Both the position numbers and the translations under genes were made by a program. Below are positions 1-9,586 of a stretch of DNA of 64,000 nucleotides, piece after piece. Each line of letters starts with the position of its first letter. The first letter of the stretch is position 1. This DNA comes from Thermodesulfovibrionia bacterium. GTDB taxonomy: Bacteria > Nitrospirota > Thermodesulfovibrionia > UBA6902. The stretch spans positions 21,838 to 85,837 of the forward strand of contig JAGVNU010000030.1 of the NCBI GenBank assembly GCA_020053105.1, in the 5' to 3' direction. Under the pieces are notes generated by a model. The model was not told the origin of the DNA, did no database searches, and saw nothing but the letters and a program-made list of their open reading frames with translations.

Positions 1-642
1 TTCTCCATTTATGCCGGCAAAAAAACCCAGGCGATAGAAACCGCTGTAATTTACCAGAGAAAGACTTTCGACTCCGCCTACTAACACTGCCTTGATCCGT
101 CTGAGCTTGATAAAATCAATTGCGTATTTTAATGCATCTATGCTTGAACTGTAGCCGTTAGAGATTGTCGTATTAAATCCCTGGATATTAAACCGGATTG
201 ATACCTGACTGGAGGCCGCGTTCATTACCGTTCCAGGGAAAAGTGCAACATTTGTAAAAAGAGGGCCTTCCTGAATTGTCTCTTTATCAAATTGGGCAAA
301 ATTCCATAAAGATGACAGGGTAGTTCCTGTACAGACCCCGATGTCATCAGTATTTTCATGGTTAATGCTGAGGCCTGCATCCTCAATCGCCAATTTTGCC
401 GCAGAACAAAGCAATCTTGAAGTTCTCTCGAGGTCCCGCAATCCTTTCTGTCCCAGAAACTTTGCAGGGGTGAAATTATCAATCTCACCTGCCAGTTTGC
501 ATTTAAACTGGCCTGTATCGAATCGTTTAACACGTTTGATCCCGGACCTTCCTTCTTTGAGGGCATGCCAGTACTCTTCCTTGCCTGTCCCGTTAGGCGC
601 GATTACTCCCAATCCTGTAATTACAATTCGTCTATCTTTCAT
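1..642 (-). CDS. Beta-ketoacyl synthase-like protein, N-terminal part (runs off window); catalytic Cys appears replaced (chain-length-factor-like)
   Basis: Own translation from ATG 642: MKDRRIVITGLGVIAPNGTGKEEYW...FPGTVMNAASSQVSIRFNIQGFNTTISNGYSSSIDAL, a FabF/KS N-terminal pattern; not in ORF track because it has no stop in the window. Confidence 0.85.
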   Translation of the reverse strand, partial: MKDRRIVITGLGVIAPNGTGKEEYWHALKEGRSGIKRVKRFDTGQFKCKLAGEIDNFTPAKFLGQKGLRDLERTSRLLCSAAKLAIEDAGLSINHENTDDIGVCTGTTLSSLWNFAQFDKETIQEGPLFTNVALFPGTVMNAASSQVSIRFNIQGFNTTISNGYSSSIDALKYAIDFIKLRRIKAVLVGGVESLSLVNYSGFYRLGFFAGINGE

Positions 643-646
643 AATT

Positions 647-1393
647 TCAAACTATGCTCAGTCCGCCGTCTATTACGAAAGTTTGGCCGGTAATATAACC
701 GGCATCATCACTGACTAAAAATTTAACAAGTATTGCAACTTCTTCAGCCCTGCCCACTCTGGCTAAAGGGACCTGTTTTATTAACTGTTCTTTATATTCA
801 TCTTTTAAACCTGCAAGCATGTCTGTCTCAATAAAGCCGGGCGCAACGGCATTCACCCTGATTTTATATGGCGCAACTTCCCTGGCAAGAGATTTGGTAA
901 ACCCAATGATTCCTGCTTTTGATGCAGAATAATTAGTTTGCCGGGCTATACCTACCATTCCGCTTACGGATGTAATATTAAGAATTACGCCGCTCTTCTG
1001 TTTTATTAGTCCTACTATGGCAGCCCGGCTGAGATTGAATGTTCCGTCCAAATTTGTATTTATTACTTCATGCCAGTCCTCGGGAGCCATAAGAGCCAGC
1101 GCCTTATCTTTAACCACACCGGCATTATTAATAACAATATCCAATCCTCCGAATAATTCTCTGGACTCATCTACCCATGATTTAACAGCGGCATAATCTT
1201 TAATGTCTGCTTGAAATGCTTTGGCTTTACCGCCTGAATCAAGTACTTCTTTCTCAAGAGTAAGCGCATCCTCGCTGCTTTTGAGAAAATTAAAACTTAT
1301 ATTTACACCTTCACGTGCCAGTTCAAGCGCTATGGCGCGGCCAATACCTCTCGCGGCTCCACTGATAATCGCTGTCTTATTTCCTTTCGTCAC
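647..1393 (-). CDS. fabG: 3-oxoacyl-ACP reductase (SDR)
   Basis: SGAARGIG, NNAG, YSASK, VNAVAPGFIETDM motifs; adjacent to KS gene. Confidence 0.9.
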   Translation of the reverse strand: MTKGNKTAIISGAARGIGRAIALELAREGVNISFNFLKSSEDALTLEKEVLDSGGKAKAFQADIKDYAAVKSWVDESRELFGGLDIVINNAGVVKDKALALMAPEDWHEVINTNLDGTFNLSRAAIVGLIKQKSGVILNITSVSGMVGIARQTNYSASKAGIIGFTKSLAREVAPYKIRVNAVAPGFIETDMLAGLKDEYKEQLIKQVPLARVGRAEEVAILVKFLVSDDAGYITGQTFVIDGGLSIV

Positions 1394-1733
1394 TACAAAA
1401 CCTGTCTTTCATTATAATAGCGCCTGATTTTATAAGATGTCCGGCATTTTCTATCTGATTAAATAACATCTCAATTTATACTAATATTGTTACAATTCAG
1501 TGCAGATGGCCTAACGGACTCTATAAAAATAGATTTTGATATGAAAAAAATTGCGATGTATTCATTATTAACAATTTCCCCCTGAGAAATCAAGCAAAAT
1601 GACACATTATACCCTCTTCTAATTTATAAGGTTATTATCAACAATATGGCATCGGCTGAAATGTGCTTCACTTTTTATTGTTGACTGACGTATCATACAT
1701 TTAATGCACTAAATCCGTAAGAGGAATAAATAT

Positions 1734-1919
1734 ATGGACCTTGAATCAAGAATCAAGTGTAGAGAATGTAAAGGGCAACTGACCCTGAAAATCGGCTGAA
1801 AAAGTGTCTATCTACGCTGCATGGATTGCAGCAGGAATTATACGATAGAAGAATATATCGATGAAATGGACCCCGCTTTTTGGCAGCAATTGTCTAAGCG
1901 TTCATGTGACAGGGCCTAG
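1734..1919 (+). CDS. Small dual-CxxC selenoprotein (UGA 1797-1799 read as Sec)
   Basis: MDLESRIKCRECKGQLTLKIG-U-KSVYLRCMDCSRNYTIEEYIDEMDPAFWQQLSKRSCDRA*; upstream SD-like AAGAGGA; frame stays open through UGA to a second CxxC; hairpin downstream. Confidence 0.8.
1816..1832 (+). promoter_or_regulatory. SECIS-like hairpin
   Basis: GCTGCA-TGGAT-TGCAGC perfect stem with G-containing loop, 16 nt 3' of the in-frame UGA. Confidence 0.65.
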
Positions 1920-1969
1920 AATTGTTGAACAAATCATTCGCCCTTTCCATCTTTTTTCCACTCCAAGTA

Positions 1970-1999
1970 TTGACAATTAAAATCATATTCCATTATCAT
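1970..1999 (+). promoter_or_regulatory. Sigma70-type promoter of rplM-rpsI
   Basis: TTGACA-N18-TATCAT. Confidence 0.55.
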
Positions 2000-2042
2000 G
2001 ATATGTTCAAAATATTTCGCAACTCATGTATAGAGAGGACAT

Positions 2043-2480
2043 ATGAAAACTATTTTTACTAAAAAAACCGATGTCAAACAGAAATGGCATATTGTAGATG
2101 CTGATGGTTTGGTTGTTGGGAGGCTGGCCTCACAGGTCGCAAAAGTGTTAAGAGGTAAAAACAAACCGGTTTTTACGCCCAATACGGATACCGGCGATTT
2201 CGTCGTTATCGTTAACGCAGACAAAGTGCGCTTTACAGGGAATAAACTTGAGCAAAAGGCATATTATCATCATTCTGGTTATCCAGGAGGAATTAAAAAG
2301 GAAATTGCCAGGGACATAATGGAAAAAAATCCTGAACGCATTCTTCTTTCTGCAGTCCGCGGTATGCTCCCGAAAAACAGACTTGGCAGACAGCAGCTCA
2401 GTAAATTAAAAGTATACAGAGGACTGGACCATCCGCATACAGCCCAGAACCCGGAAACTTTAAATCTCAATATCCAATAA
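2043..2480 (+). CDS. rplM: 50S ribosomal protein L13
   Basis: WHIVDADGLVVGRLAS, TPNTDTGD, HSGYPGG, VRGMLPKN. Confidence 0.98.
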   Translation: MKTIFTKKTDVKQKWHIVDADGLVVGRLASQVAKVLRGKNKPVFTPNTDTGDFVVIVNADKVRFTGNKLEQKAYYHHSGYPGGIKKEIARDIMEKNPERILLSAVRGMLPKNRLGRQQLSKLKVYRGLDHPHTAQNPETLNLNIQ

Positions 2481-2494
2481 GGAGCTTTTGAAAT

Positions 2495-2887
2495 ATGGCA
2501 GAAATTCAATATAACGCAACAGGCAGAAGGAAGACTTCCATCGCACAGGTATCTGTGAAACCAGGGACAGGCAATATTATTGTTAATAAAAAAGCTCTCA
2601 ATCAATATTTCCCGCATGAGACAATGAAGATGATTATACAGCAGCCCCTGAATGTAGCTGCCGTAAATGGTAAATATGACGTAACAGTGAGGGTCAAAGG
2701 CGGCGGATACAGCGGACAGGCCGCTGCAATCAGACATGCCATCTCGCGTGCCTTGTTATCAGTCAATTCGGACTTCAGGGGACAACTCAAAAAAGAAGGG
2801 CTATTGACAAGGGACCCAAGAGTAGTGGAACGTAAGAAGTACGGCCAGAAGGGCGCAAGAAAACGTTTCCAGTTCTCAAAGAGATAA
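2495..2887 (+). CDS. rpsI: 30S ribosomal protein S9
   Basis: TGRRKTS, GGGYSGQ, C-terminal RKRFQFSKR. Confidence 0.98.
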   Translation: MAEIQYNATGRRKTSIAQVSVKPGTGNIIVNKKALNQYFPHETMKMIIQQPLNVAAVNGKYDVTVRVKGGGYSGQAAAIRHAISRALLSVNSDFRGQLKKEGLLTRDPRVVERKKYGQKGARKRFQFSKR

Positions 2888-2985
2888 TTTTAATCCGTGA
2901 TGAGCAAAGTGTGTTAGCTTGTAGACAGATATCGATAACAACAGGTCTCACTCTTATAACTCATCACCAAACATTACGGTTCTAA

Positions 2986-4017
2986 ATGCTGAAAGTCGCT
3001 ATCTTAGGAGGAAGTGGTTACACAGGGTCCGAACTGTTACGTCTGCTTTTTTCACATCCGAATGCAGAAGTTACTGCCGTCACCTCTGAACGTTCATCCG
3101 GTCTGTTCATCTCTGACACGTTCATTAATTTCAGAAATACCTCATTAAAATTCGAAGCGCTTGATTTAAAAGCCCTGACAAAAAAAGCCGACCTGTTTTT
3201 TCTTTGTCTTCCGCACAAGACTTCTCAGGAAACAGTGGCGTTTTTCCATAATGCCGGGAAAAGAGTTATTGATCTTTCTGCAGATTACCGGCTAAAAGAC
3301 GCAGAGGTATACAAAGAGTGGTACAAGATTCCCCACCTTTACTCCCCTCTTCTGAAAAATGCCGTTTACGGTTTGCCTGAACTTTACAGGAATAAAATCA
3401 AAAAGGCATCAATCATAGCCAACCCGGGGTGTTATCCCACGAGCGCTATACTTGGTCTTGCCCCGGTCATGGGGGAAGATTTTATAAATGCAAATTCAAT
3501 TATTATAGATTCAAAATCGGGGACATCCGGCGCCGGCAGAAGTCCTGCACAGCCGTTTATGTTCTGCGAGGTCAATGAATCTGTCAGGGCATATGCAATA
3601 GGGGTCCACCGGCATACTCCGGAGATTGAGCAGGAACTGAGTTCTCTTTCAAAGAAAAAAATAAAAGTAATCTTTACTCCTCACCTTATCCCCATGGACA
3701 GAGGAATACTCAGCACTATTTACGTTCGTTTAAAAAAGAAGACGACCCTCTCGGATGTACAGAAATTATACCACCAGTTTTATCACAAAGAACCTTTTGT
3801 AAGAGTTTTGAAGAACGGTATATTTCCAGCCACAAAAGCTGTTAAAGGAAGCAACTATTGTGACATATCCGTTTCTATCGATAAGCAGACTCTCATAATC
3901 GTCAGCGCTATTGACAACCTCTTAAAGGGGGCCTCCGGCACAGCCGTGCATAACATGAATATAATGTATGGCTTTGACGAGACTGCCGGATTAATGTCCT
4001 CCCCTGCTTTCCCCTGA
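2986..4017 (+). CDS. argC: N-acetyl-gamma-glutamyl-phosphate reductase
   Basis: GGSGYTG, ANPGCYPT, SGTSGAG, IDNLLKGASG. Confidence 0.97.
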   Translation: MLKVAILGGSGYTGSELLRLLFSHPNAEVTAVTSERSSGLFISDTFINFRNTSLKFEALDLKALTKKADLFFLCLPHKTSQETVAFFHNAGKRVIDLSADYRLKDAEVYKEWYKIPHLYSPLLKNAVYGLPELYRNKIKKASIIANPGCYPTSAILGLAPVMGEDFINANSIIIDSKSGTSGAGRSPAQPFMFCEVNESVRAYAIGVHRHTPEIEQELSSLSKKKIKVIFTPHLIPMDRGILSTIYVRLKKKTTLSDVQKLYHQFYHKEPFVRVLKNGIFPATKAVKGSNYCDISVSIDKQTLIIVSAIDNLLKGASGTAVHNMNIMYGFDETAGLMSSPAFP

Positions 4018-5216
4018 TGAAAAGGGGTCCTGCACGAAATTTCGTCATACCGGGCTTTAAATTCGCAGGCATATCAGCTGGAATAAAAAAGTCCGGCAAT
4101 AGAGATCTGGCCCTGATATACTCGGAGGGCCCTTCCGTCACCGCCGGTCTTTTCACTACAAACAGGATTAAAGCGGCTCCGGTAAAGCTGGCTATCAAAA
4201 ACATTACATCCGGTAAAGCACAGGCCATTATTATAAACAGCGGTAATGCCAACGCCTGTACCGGTGAAAAAGGCATGAAAGCAGCCCGTGAGATCATCAC
4301 AGGCACAGCGCATGAACTCGGCATTTCCCCTGAACTTGTTTATTCATCATCCACCGGCATTATAGGCAGACCCTTTCCTGCGGAGACAATAAAAGAAGCT
4401 CTCCCTGCATTAATCAGAAAGCTGTCTCCTTTATCCTTAAAGCATGCAGCCTCTGCAATAATGACAACCGATACCTTTGCAAAGATATCTTTCAAGCAAG
4501 TAGAAATCGCCGGGAAAAAAGGAACAATTGCGGGAATTGCAAAGGGCGCCGGAATGATCTGCCCCAACATGGCCACGATGCTGTGTTTTATAGTCACCGA
4601 TATAGCAATAAATCCACAGGCGCTTGATGCAGCGCTCAGGGAAGCGGCAAACAGGTCCTTTAACATGTTATCTGTTGATAACGACATGAGCACGAATGAC
4701 ACCATAATGATTATGGCGAACGGCCTGCTTAATAATCCTCTTATAACAAAACGCTCCCCTGACTACGCAAATTTTAAAAGTGCGTTGAATGAATTAACAT
4801 ACGACCTTGCCAGGATGATTGCCGAAGACGGGGAAGGCGCGACAAAATTAATTGAGGTAATTGTTGAAGGAGCCAGGTCTGAATCAGATGCCGGGCGAAT
4901 TGCCCTGTCAGTTGCCAATTCGATGCTTGTAAAAACCGCAGTATATGGACGGGACCCGAACTGGGGCAGAATCATGGCCGCGATCGGTTACGCAGGTGCA
5001 GATGTCAATGAAAACAGGATAGATATCAGCATTAATAAAGTCAAACTTGTCAGCAAAGGCCTGGGGACCAAAAGGGAAAAAGCCGCAAGGACCGCTCTCT
5101 TAAATAAAAATATTGCCATCAGGATTGATTTGGGAACAGGCAAAGAAAACGCCAGGGCACTTACGTGTGATCTAACGGAAGGGTATATAAAAATAAATGC
5201 TCATTACGGGACGTAA
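4017..5216 (+). CDS. argJ: Bifunctional ornithine acetyltransferase
   Basis: NSGNANACTG, IMTTDT, KGAGMICPNMATML, DGEGATK, DPNWGRI. Confidence 0.97.
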   Translation: MKRGPARNFVIPGFKFAGISAGIKKSGNRDLALIYSEGPSVTAGLFTTNRIKAAPVKLAIKNITSGKAQAIIINSGNANACTGEKGMKAAREIITGTAHELGISPELVYSSSTGIIGRPFPAETIKEALPALIRKLSPLSLKHAASAIMTTDTFAKISFKQVEIAGKKGTIAGIAKGAGMICPNMATMLCFIVTDIAINPQALDAALREAANRSFNMLSVDNDMSTNDTIMIMANGLLNNPLITKRSPDYANFKSALNELTYDLARMIAEDGEGATKLIEVIVEGARSESDAGRIALSVANSMLVKTAVYGRDPNWGRIMAAIGYAGADVNENRIDISINKVKLVSKGLGTKREKAARTALLNKNIAIRIDLGTGKENARALTCDLTEGYIKINAHYGT

Positions 5217-5313
5217 ATTCAATTATTTTTCAACTGATGTTTTCAGAATATTCAGAATAAGAACTCTGCCAGTAATAATCTACTGATCCTTTTAATATCT
5301 GTGACTGAAGAAC

Positions 5314-5342
5314 TTGACACAATCTGACTACTCCTTTATTGT
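5314..5342 (+). promoter_or_regulatory. Sigma70-type promoter
   Basis: TTGACA-N17-TATTGT upstream of LysM gene. Confidence 0.5.
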
Positions 5343-5388
5343 AGTGTATATGTAACTAATTGCTTATAAAAATGCGGGAGAGTAAAAA

Positions 5389-6444
5389 ATGAAAAAAACT
5401 TTATTCTGGCTTCTTGTATTTAATATTTTTTTCATGACGGCTCAGATTACACGGGTGTCTGCATCAGAAGAATATATTGTAGAAAAAAAGGACACCCTGT
5501 GGGACATTTCCACCAGAAAGCTGGAAGACCCCTTTCTGTGGCCCAAGCTCTGGAATGTAAACCCTCATATTGAAAATCCGGACCTTATCTATCCAGGCAC
5601 AAAAATATTTATCCCTTCCAGGGACGAGTTAATGCAAATACCTGCTTTGCCAGATAAAGAGGTCCCGATGGCCGGAAAGCAACAAATTGAAACATCAAAA
5701 CCTAAAGCAAAACCTAAAGCAGAATCTAAATCCATCTGGAAATATGCGCCGGCAATGCAGAGAAAACATATCATTGAGAAGAATCTCTTTATAGCAAGCG
5801 GCTGGATATCGGACAAGTATCCGGGTATTGGAGAGGTAATATCCTCACCAACTAACCAGAAAATGGCCAGTAAAGCCGATATTGTTTACATAAAACTCCC
5901 GGAATCTCTTTCTCCGGACAAGCCGGCCTTCATTATTTCCGGAAATGACGATGCCATGATTAAAAAGCGGTTCTTTGCTATAAGAGATATAAAAATAGTT
6001 GAGCATCCGGTTTCAGGGGAAGAGATAGGACATCAAATAAGGATAGCCGGAATTCTGGAAGTAATCGGCATGGACGGCAATACTACTAAAGCAAGAATTA
6101 CCGATTCTTTTGAAAATATTAACATTGGCGATGGATTATTACCATATCAAGAATTGGAGCCGCCGCTTATCCCAGAGACTGTTCGCACGCCCAATATTCA
6201 GGGGTACATTATAGAATCACACATGAATTCTTATCTGGTAAGTGAAGGCAACGTTATTTTTCTGGATAAAGGGGAAAATGATGGCATCAAAGTCGGAGAT
6301 GTTTTTTCAGTCCTGAGAGAACAACCAGCAGAAGGACCGATAGGTAAAATACAAATAGTGTCTCTCCAGCCGACAACATCAGGCGCAGTTATATTACAAA
6401 ACTCTCAGGAAATAAAAATAGGTACGAAGTGGGGCCAGGAATAA
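5389..6444 (+). CDS. Exported LysM peptidoglycan-binding protein (TsaP-like)
   Basis: Signal peptide; YIVEKKDTLWDIS...WPKLWNVNPHIENPDLIYPG LysM; C-terminal FlgT-like LDKGENDGIKVGD. Confidence 0.8.
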   Translation: MKKTLFWLLVFNIFFMTAQITRVSASEEYIVEKKDTLWDISTRKLEDPFLWPKLWNVNPHIENPDLIYPGTKIFIPSRDELMQIPALPDKEVPMAGKQQIETSKPKAKPKAESKSIWKYAPAMQRKHIIEKNLFIASGWISDKYPGIGEVISSPTNQKMASKADIVYIKLPESLSPDKPAFIISGNDDAMIKKRFFAIRDIKIVEHPVSGEEIGHQIRIAGILEVIGMDGNTTKARITDSFENINIGDGLLPYQELEPPLIPETVRTPNIQGYIIESHMNSYLVSEGNVIFLDKGENDGIKVGDVFSVLREQPAEGPIGKIQIVSLQPTTSGAVILQNSQEIKIGTKWGQE

Positions 6445-6464
6445 TCCATAGCTGCAGATAATAT

Positions 6465-6502
6465 AAAAAGGTGAGCAATAATGATTTCTGCTCACCTTTT
6501 TT
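6465..6502. terminator. Bidirectional intrinsic terminator
   Basis: AAAAAGGTGAGCA...TGCTCACCTTTTT between convergent LysM gene and rpoD. Confidence 0.8.
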
Positions 6503-6529
6503 ATTTTAGAATGAATCCCGGATAAATTC

Positions 6530-7960
6530 TTATGTGCTTACCAGCGCCTTGAGGGCCTTCAGCCTGCTCGGGTGTTTCAGTTTCCTCAGTGCCTTTGCTT
6601 CAATCTGCCTTACTCTCTCTCTGGTAATTGTGAGATGCCTGCCCACCTCTTCAAGTGTATGGTCCCTGTCAACACCGATTCCAAATCTCATCCTGATGAC
6701 CTTTTCTTCTTTGGGGGTCAGGGTACCGAGGACCTTCTTGATATATCCCGAAATTTCCTTGCCTTCAGCATCAGCATACGGTGAAGGACTGTTCTTGTCT
6801 CCAATAAAATCTTCCAGTTCAGTGTCCTCATCACCAACAGGCGTCTGCAATGCAATCGGGTCCTGAATTGCCCTGAAAACTTCTTCGACCTTTCTTGTAG
6901 GAACTGTCAGTTTTTTTGCTATTTCATCGTCAGTGGGTTCACGCCCCAATTCCTGCGTCAATTCCCTTGATGCTTTGGTGACTCTGTTATAAAATTCCAT
7001 CATATGCACAGGCACCCGGATCGTTTTTGTCTGATCAATAAGCGCCCTGGTAATTGCCTGTCTTATCCACCATGTTGCGTATGTGCTGAATTTAAAACCC
7101 TTCTCATGTTTAAATTTATCTACAGCCTTCATAAGACCGATATTGCCTTCCTGAATCAGGTCAAGCAGAGGCAAGCCCCTGCCGACATAATTTTTGGCAA
7201 TATTGACTACCAGTCTGAGATTTCGTGTAATTAATTCGTTTTTAGCCTCAAGAACAAATGCCTGTACCCTGCTGATTCTTTCCCACAGTGTTATCAGCGT
7301 ATCAACCTTTACACCTATCTCTCCCTCAATTTTCCTGAAAGTCAATTGGACCCGGTTAGCAAGTTCTTCCATTGAAGTCAGTAATGCGCCACGCACTCTT
7401 TTCTTGCTCTTTTCGTTTATTATAAGGACCTTAAGAGACTTAAGGGAACCGCCATATTGATCCAGTTCTGTCTTGAAATCATCAACAACTTCGACATAAA
7501 GTTCAAGTCTGTAAAGGGTCAGTTCAATTATATGCGCTTTCCTTTCGTCTTCCTCCATTTCCAGCATGTCTTCATCACTGATGTAATCCTTTTCAATCTT
7601 CTTTGTTAAAGGAATAGTCTGGACGATTTCCGCGATTATTTCTTTTCCTTCATCCAGTTTTTTTGCCAACTCTACTTCTTCATCCTTGGAGAGAATTGAA
7701 ATATCTCCCATCGAATGGAAATAAGCCTGAACCAGATCTTCAGTCTTTTCATATTCCTGGGGTTCCACTTCTTCCAGCGGGAGTGCCTCGTCTGAATCAA
7801 CTATACGCACCCCCATGTCACTAAGGAGGTCCATAAGGTCTTCAATCTCATCAGGGGTAAAAAACTCCGAGGGCAGGGCCTCATTTATCTCATCATATGT
7901 GAGGACCCCACGTTTTTTCCCGACCTCAATTATTTCATCGAATACATCTTTTTCTTTCAT
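6530..7960 (-). CDS. rpoD: RNA polymerase sigma-70 factor, primary type
   Basis: Region 1.1 (GKKRGVLTYDEIN), NLRLVVNIAK, FSTYATWWIRQAITR, TRERVRQIE. Confidence 0.92.
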   Translation of the reverse strand: MKEKDVFDEIIEVGKKRGVLTYDEINEALPSEFFTPDEIEDLMDLLSDMGVRIVDSDEALPLEEVEPQEYEKTEDLVQAYFHSMGDISILSKDEEVELAKKLDEGKEIIAEIVQTIPLTKKIEKDYISDEDMLEMEEDERKAHIIELTLYRLELYVEVVDDFKTELDQYGGSLKSLKVLIINEKSKKRVRGALLTSMEELANRVQLTFRKIEGEIGVKVDTLITLWERISRVQAFVLEAKNELITRNLRLVVNIAKNYVGRGLPLLDLIQEGNIGLMKAVDKFKHEKGFKFSTYATWWIRQAITRALIDQTKTIRVPVHMMEFYNRVTKASRELTQELGREPTDDEIAKKLTVPTRKVEEVFRAIQDPIALQTPVGDEDTELEDFIGDKNSPSPYADAEGKEISGYIKKVLGTLTPKEEKVIRMRFGIGVDRDHTLEEVGRHLTITRERVRQIEAKALRKLKHPSRLKALKALVST

Positions 7961-8198
7961 ATTTTCCCTTTATTAATATTCAACTTGTAAGTTTAACATA
8001 TCTTTTTGTCAAATTCTAGGTTCTCTAATAAATATTTTTCAATTAACTTATTTGCTTTAATTTCAAACAGTTTGACTTTCCTATCGGCTTCCCGGGCTAG
8101 AAACATAAATGGGCACATTAACCTGTCAGTATTTCATGGCAAACTCAATTCAGCACCAGCACAAATTTCCCCGAATTCTCCGGGTCTAAATCCCGCGA

Positions 8199-8717
8199 CT
8201 ATTCATGGCTGGTTTGCTTAACAAAATATTTCAGAAGCTTATCATAAGTTTTGCTTAAATGTTCAGGCATGACCCTCGTCTCGGCAATAATGGGCATACT
8301 GTCTGTATCACCTGTCCAGCGAGGGACAACATGGATATGCATATGTGATTCCATTCCTGCGCCTGCAACTTTGCCGAAATTAAGACCCATATTAAACCCA
8401 TCAGGTCGCAGAACTTTCTTTAGTATCCGTACAGAACCATCTACAGTCTTGATTAAATCAAAAAGGACGTCATCAGACAGGCCATCGAAAGTCGAAGTGT
8501 GAAAATAAGGCACCACCATGAGGTGCCCGCTGTTATACGGATATCGGTTTAAAATTGTAAAACAGTATTTGCCTCTGTGTAATATCAGATTCTTTTTATC
8601 TCTGCTTTTGTTGATCTTGCTTCCGTCGTTTCCGGATACATTACAAAACAAGCAGCCATCATGTTTTTTTTCATCAAGGATATACTCCATCCTCCAGGGG
8701 GCCCACAGTCGTTTCAT
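8199..8717 (-). CDS. HIT family hydrolase (Ap4A hydrolase-like)
   Basis: LWAPWR, NRYPYNSGH, HMHIHVVPRW histidine triad. Confidence 0.9.
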   Translation of the reverse strand: MKRLWAPWRMEYILDEKKHDGCLFCNVSGNDGSKINKSRDKKNLILHRGKYCFTILNRYPYNSGHLMVVPYFHTSTFDGLSDDVLFDLIKTVDGSVRILKKVLRPDGFNMGLNFGKVAGAGMESHMHIHVVPRWTGDTDSMPIIAETRVMPEHLSKTYDKLLKYFVKQTSHE

Positions 8718-8737
8718 TTAACCTCCAAATTAAACAT

Positions 8738-8782
8738 AACAGTTTAAACCTTTCCAGCCGTTTTAACTGTTTAAGCAGTTCA
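8738..8782. repeat. Degenerate 9-bp tandem intergenic repeat
   Basis: AACAGTTTA AACCTTTCC AGCCGTTTT AACTGTTTA AGCAGTTCA. Confidence 0.45.
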
Positions 8783-8808
8783 GGCTTTAACGGCTTTATA
8801 TTAATAAA

Positions 8809-9579
8809 TCATTTCAATTTTTCGAGAACTTTTTGCATGTCCTCCCAGGTCAGCCATTTATCCTTCGGGTTCCTTAAAAGATACGCAGGATGAAATGTCG
8901 GCATGACCGGTATATCGTTATAACTATGGAAATTCCCCCTGAGCTTGCTGATTGTAATCTTCGAGCGTATTATCGTCTGTGCCGAAATCTTGCCGAGACA
9001 GACAATGACCTTCGGATTAATTATCGCTATTTGTCGTTCAACAAACGGCCCGCATATGGAAATTTCATCCTCCTCCGGGTTCCTGTTATTCGGAGGCCTG
9101 CACTTAACAATATTCGCTATATAAACATCTTGACGCTGTAGTCCCAATTTCAGGATAAGATTCGTAAGAAGTTTCCCTGCATCTCCGACAAAAGGTCTTG
9201 CCTGTATATCTTCGTCTCTGCCCGGCCCCTCGCCGATAAACATAATATCTGCATCGGCTTTCCCTTCTCCAAAGACAATGTTTTTACGGCCCGTTGAGAG
9301 CTTACACCGGTGGCAATCACCTATTTCATTTCTGAGTTCCTCCAGTGCAGTTTCTTTATTCGAATAATAATCGGCCGTTTGTTCTGCCACCTGCTGAGAG
9401 GGACTGCCCCGGTCCGGTTTATAATCTAAAACTGCTCCTCCTGATATTAAATTTAAAATATTCGCCCTCTTTAAGGGCAAATATTCAAACCCCAAGTCAC
9501 TATATAACTCCATTGCCTTTTTTAGTTCCTGTATCATCCCGGCCCTGTTATTCATTATTAACGGGAGTTGATCCTTCAT
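8809..9579 (-). CDS. Uracil-DNA glycosylase family 4 (Fe-S)
   Basis: CHRCKL, IGEGPG, KCRPPNNR, HPAYLLR. Confidence 0.93.
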   Translation of the reverse strand: MKDQLPLIMNNRAGMIQELKKAMELYSDLGFEYLPLKRANILNLISGGAVLDYKPDRGSPSQQVAEQTADYYSNKETALEELRNEIGDCHRCKLSTGRKNIVFGEGKADADIMFIGEGPGRDEDIQARPFVGDAGKLLTNLILKLGLQRQDVYIANIVKCRPPNNRNPEEDEISICGPFVERQIAIINPKVIVCLGKISAQTIIRSKITISKLRGNFHSYNDIPVMPTFHPAYLLRNPKDKWLTWEDMQKVLEKLK

Positions 9580-9586
9580 ATTTCGA

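Noticed and set aside
2893-2981. Imperfect long inverted repeat after rpsI (CCGTGATGAG ... CTCATCAC ... CATTACGG)
   Set aside because: Too degenerate to call as a terminator, ncRNA or mobile element.
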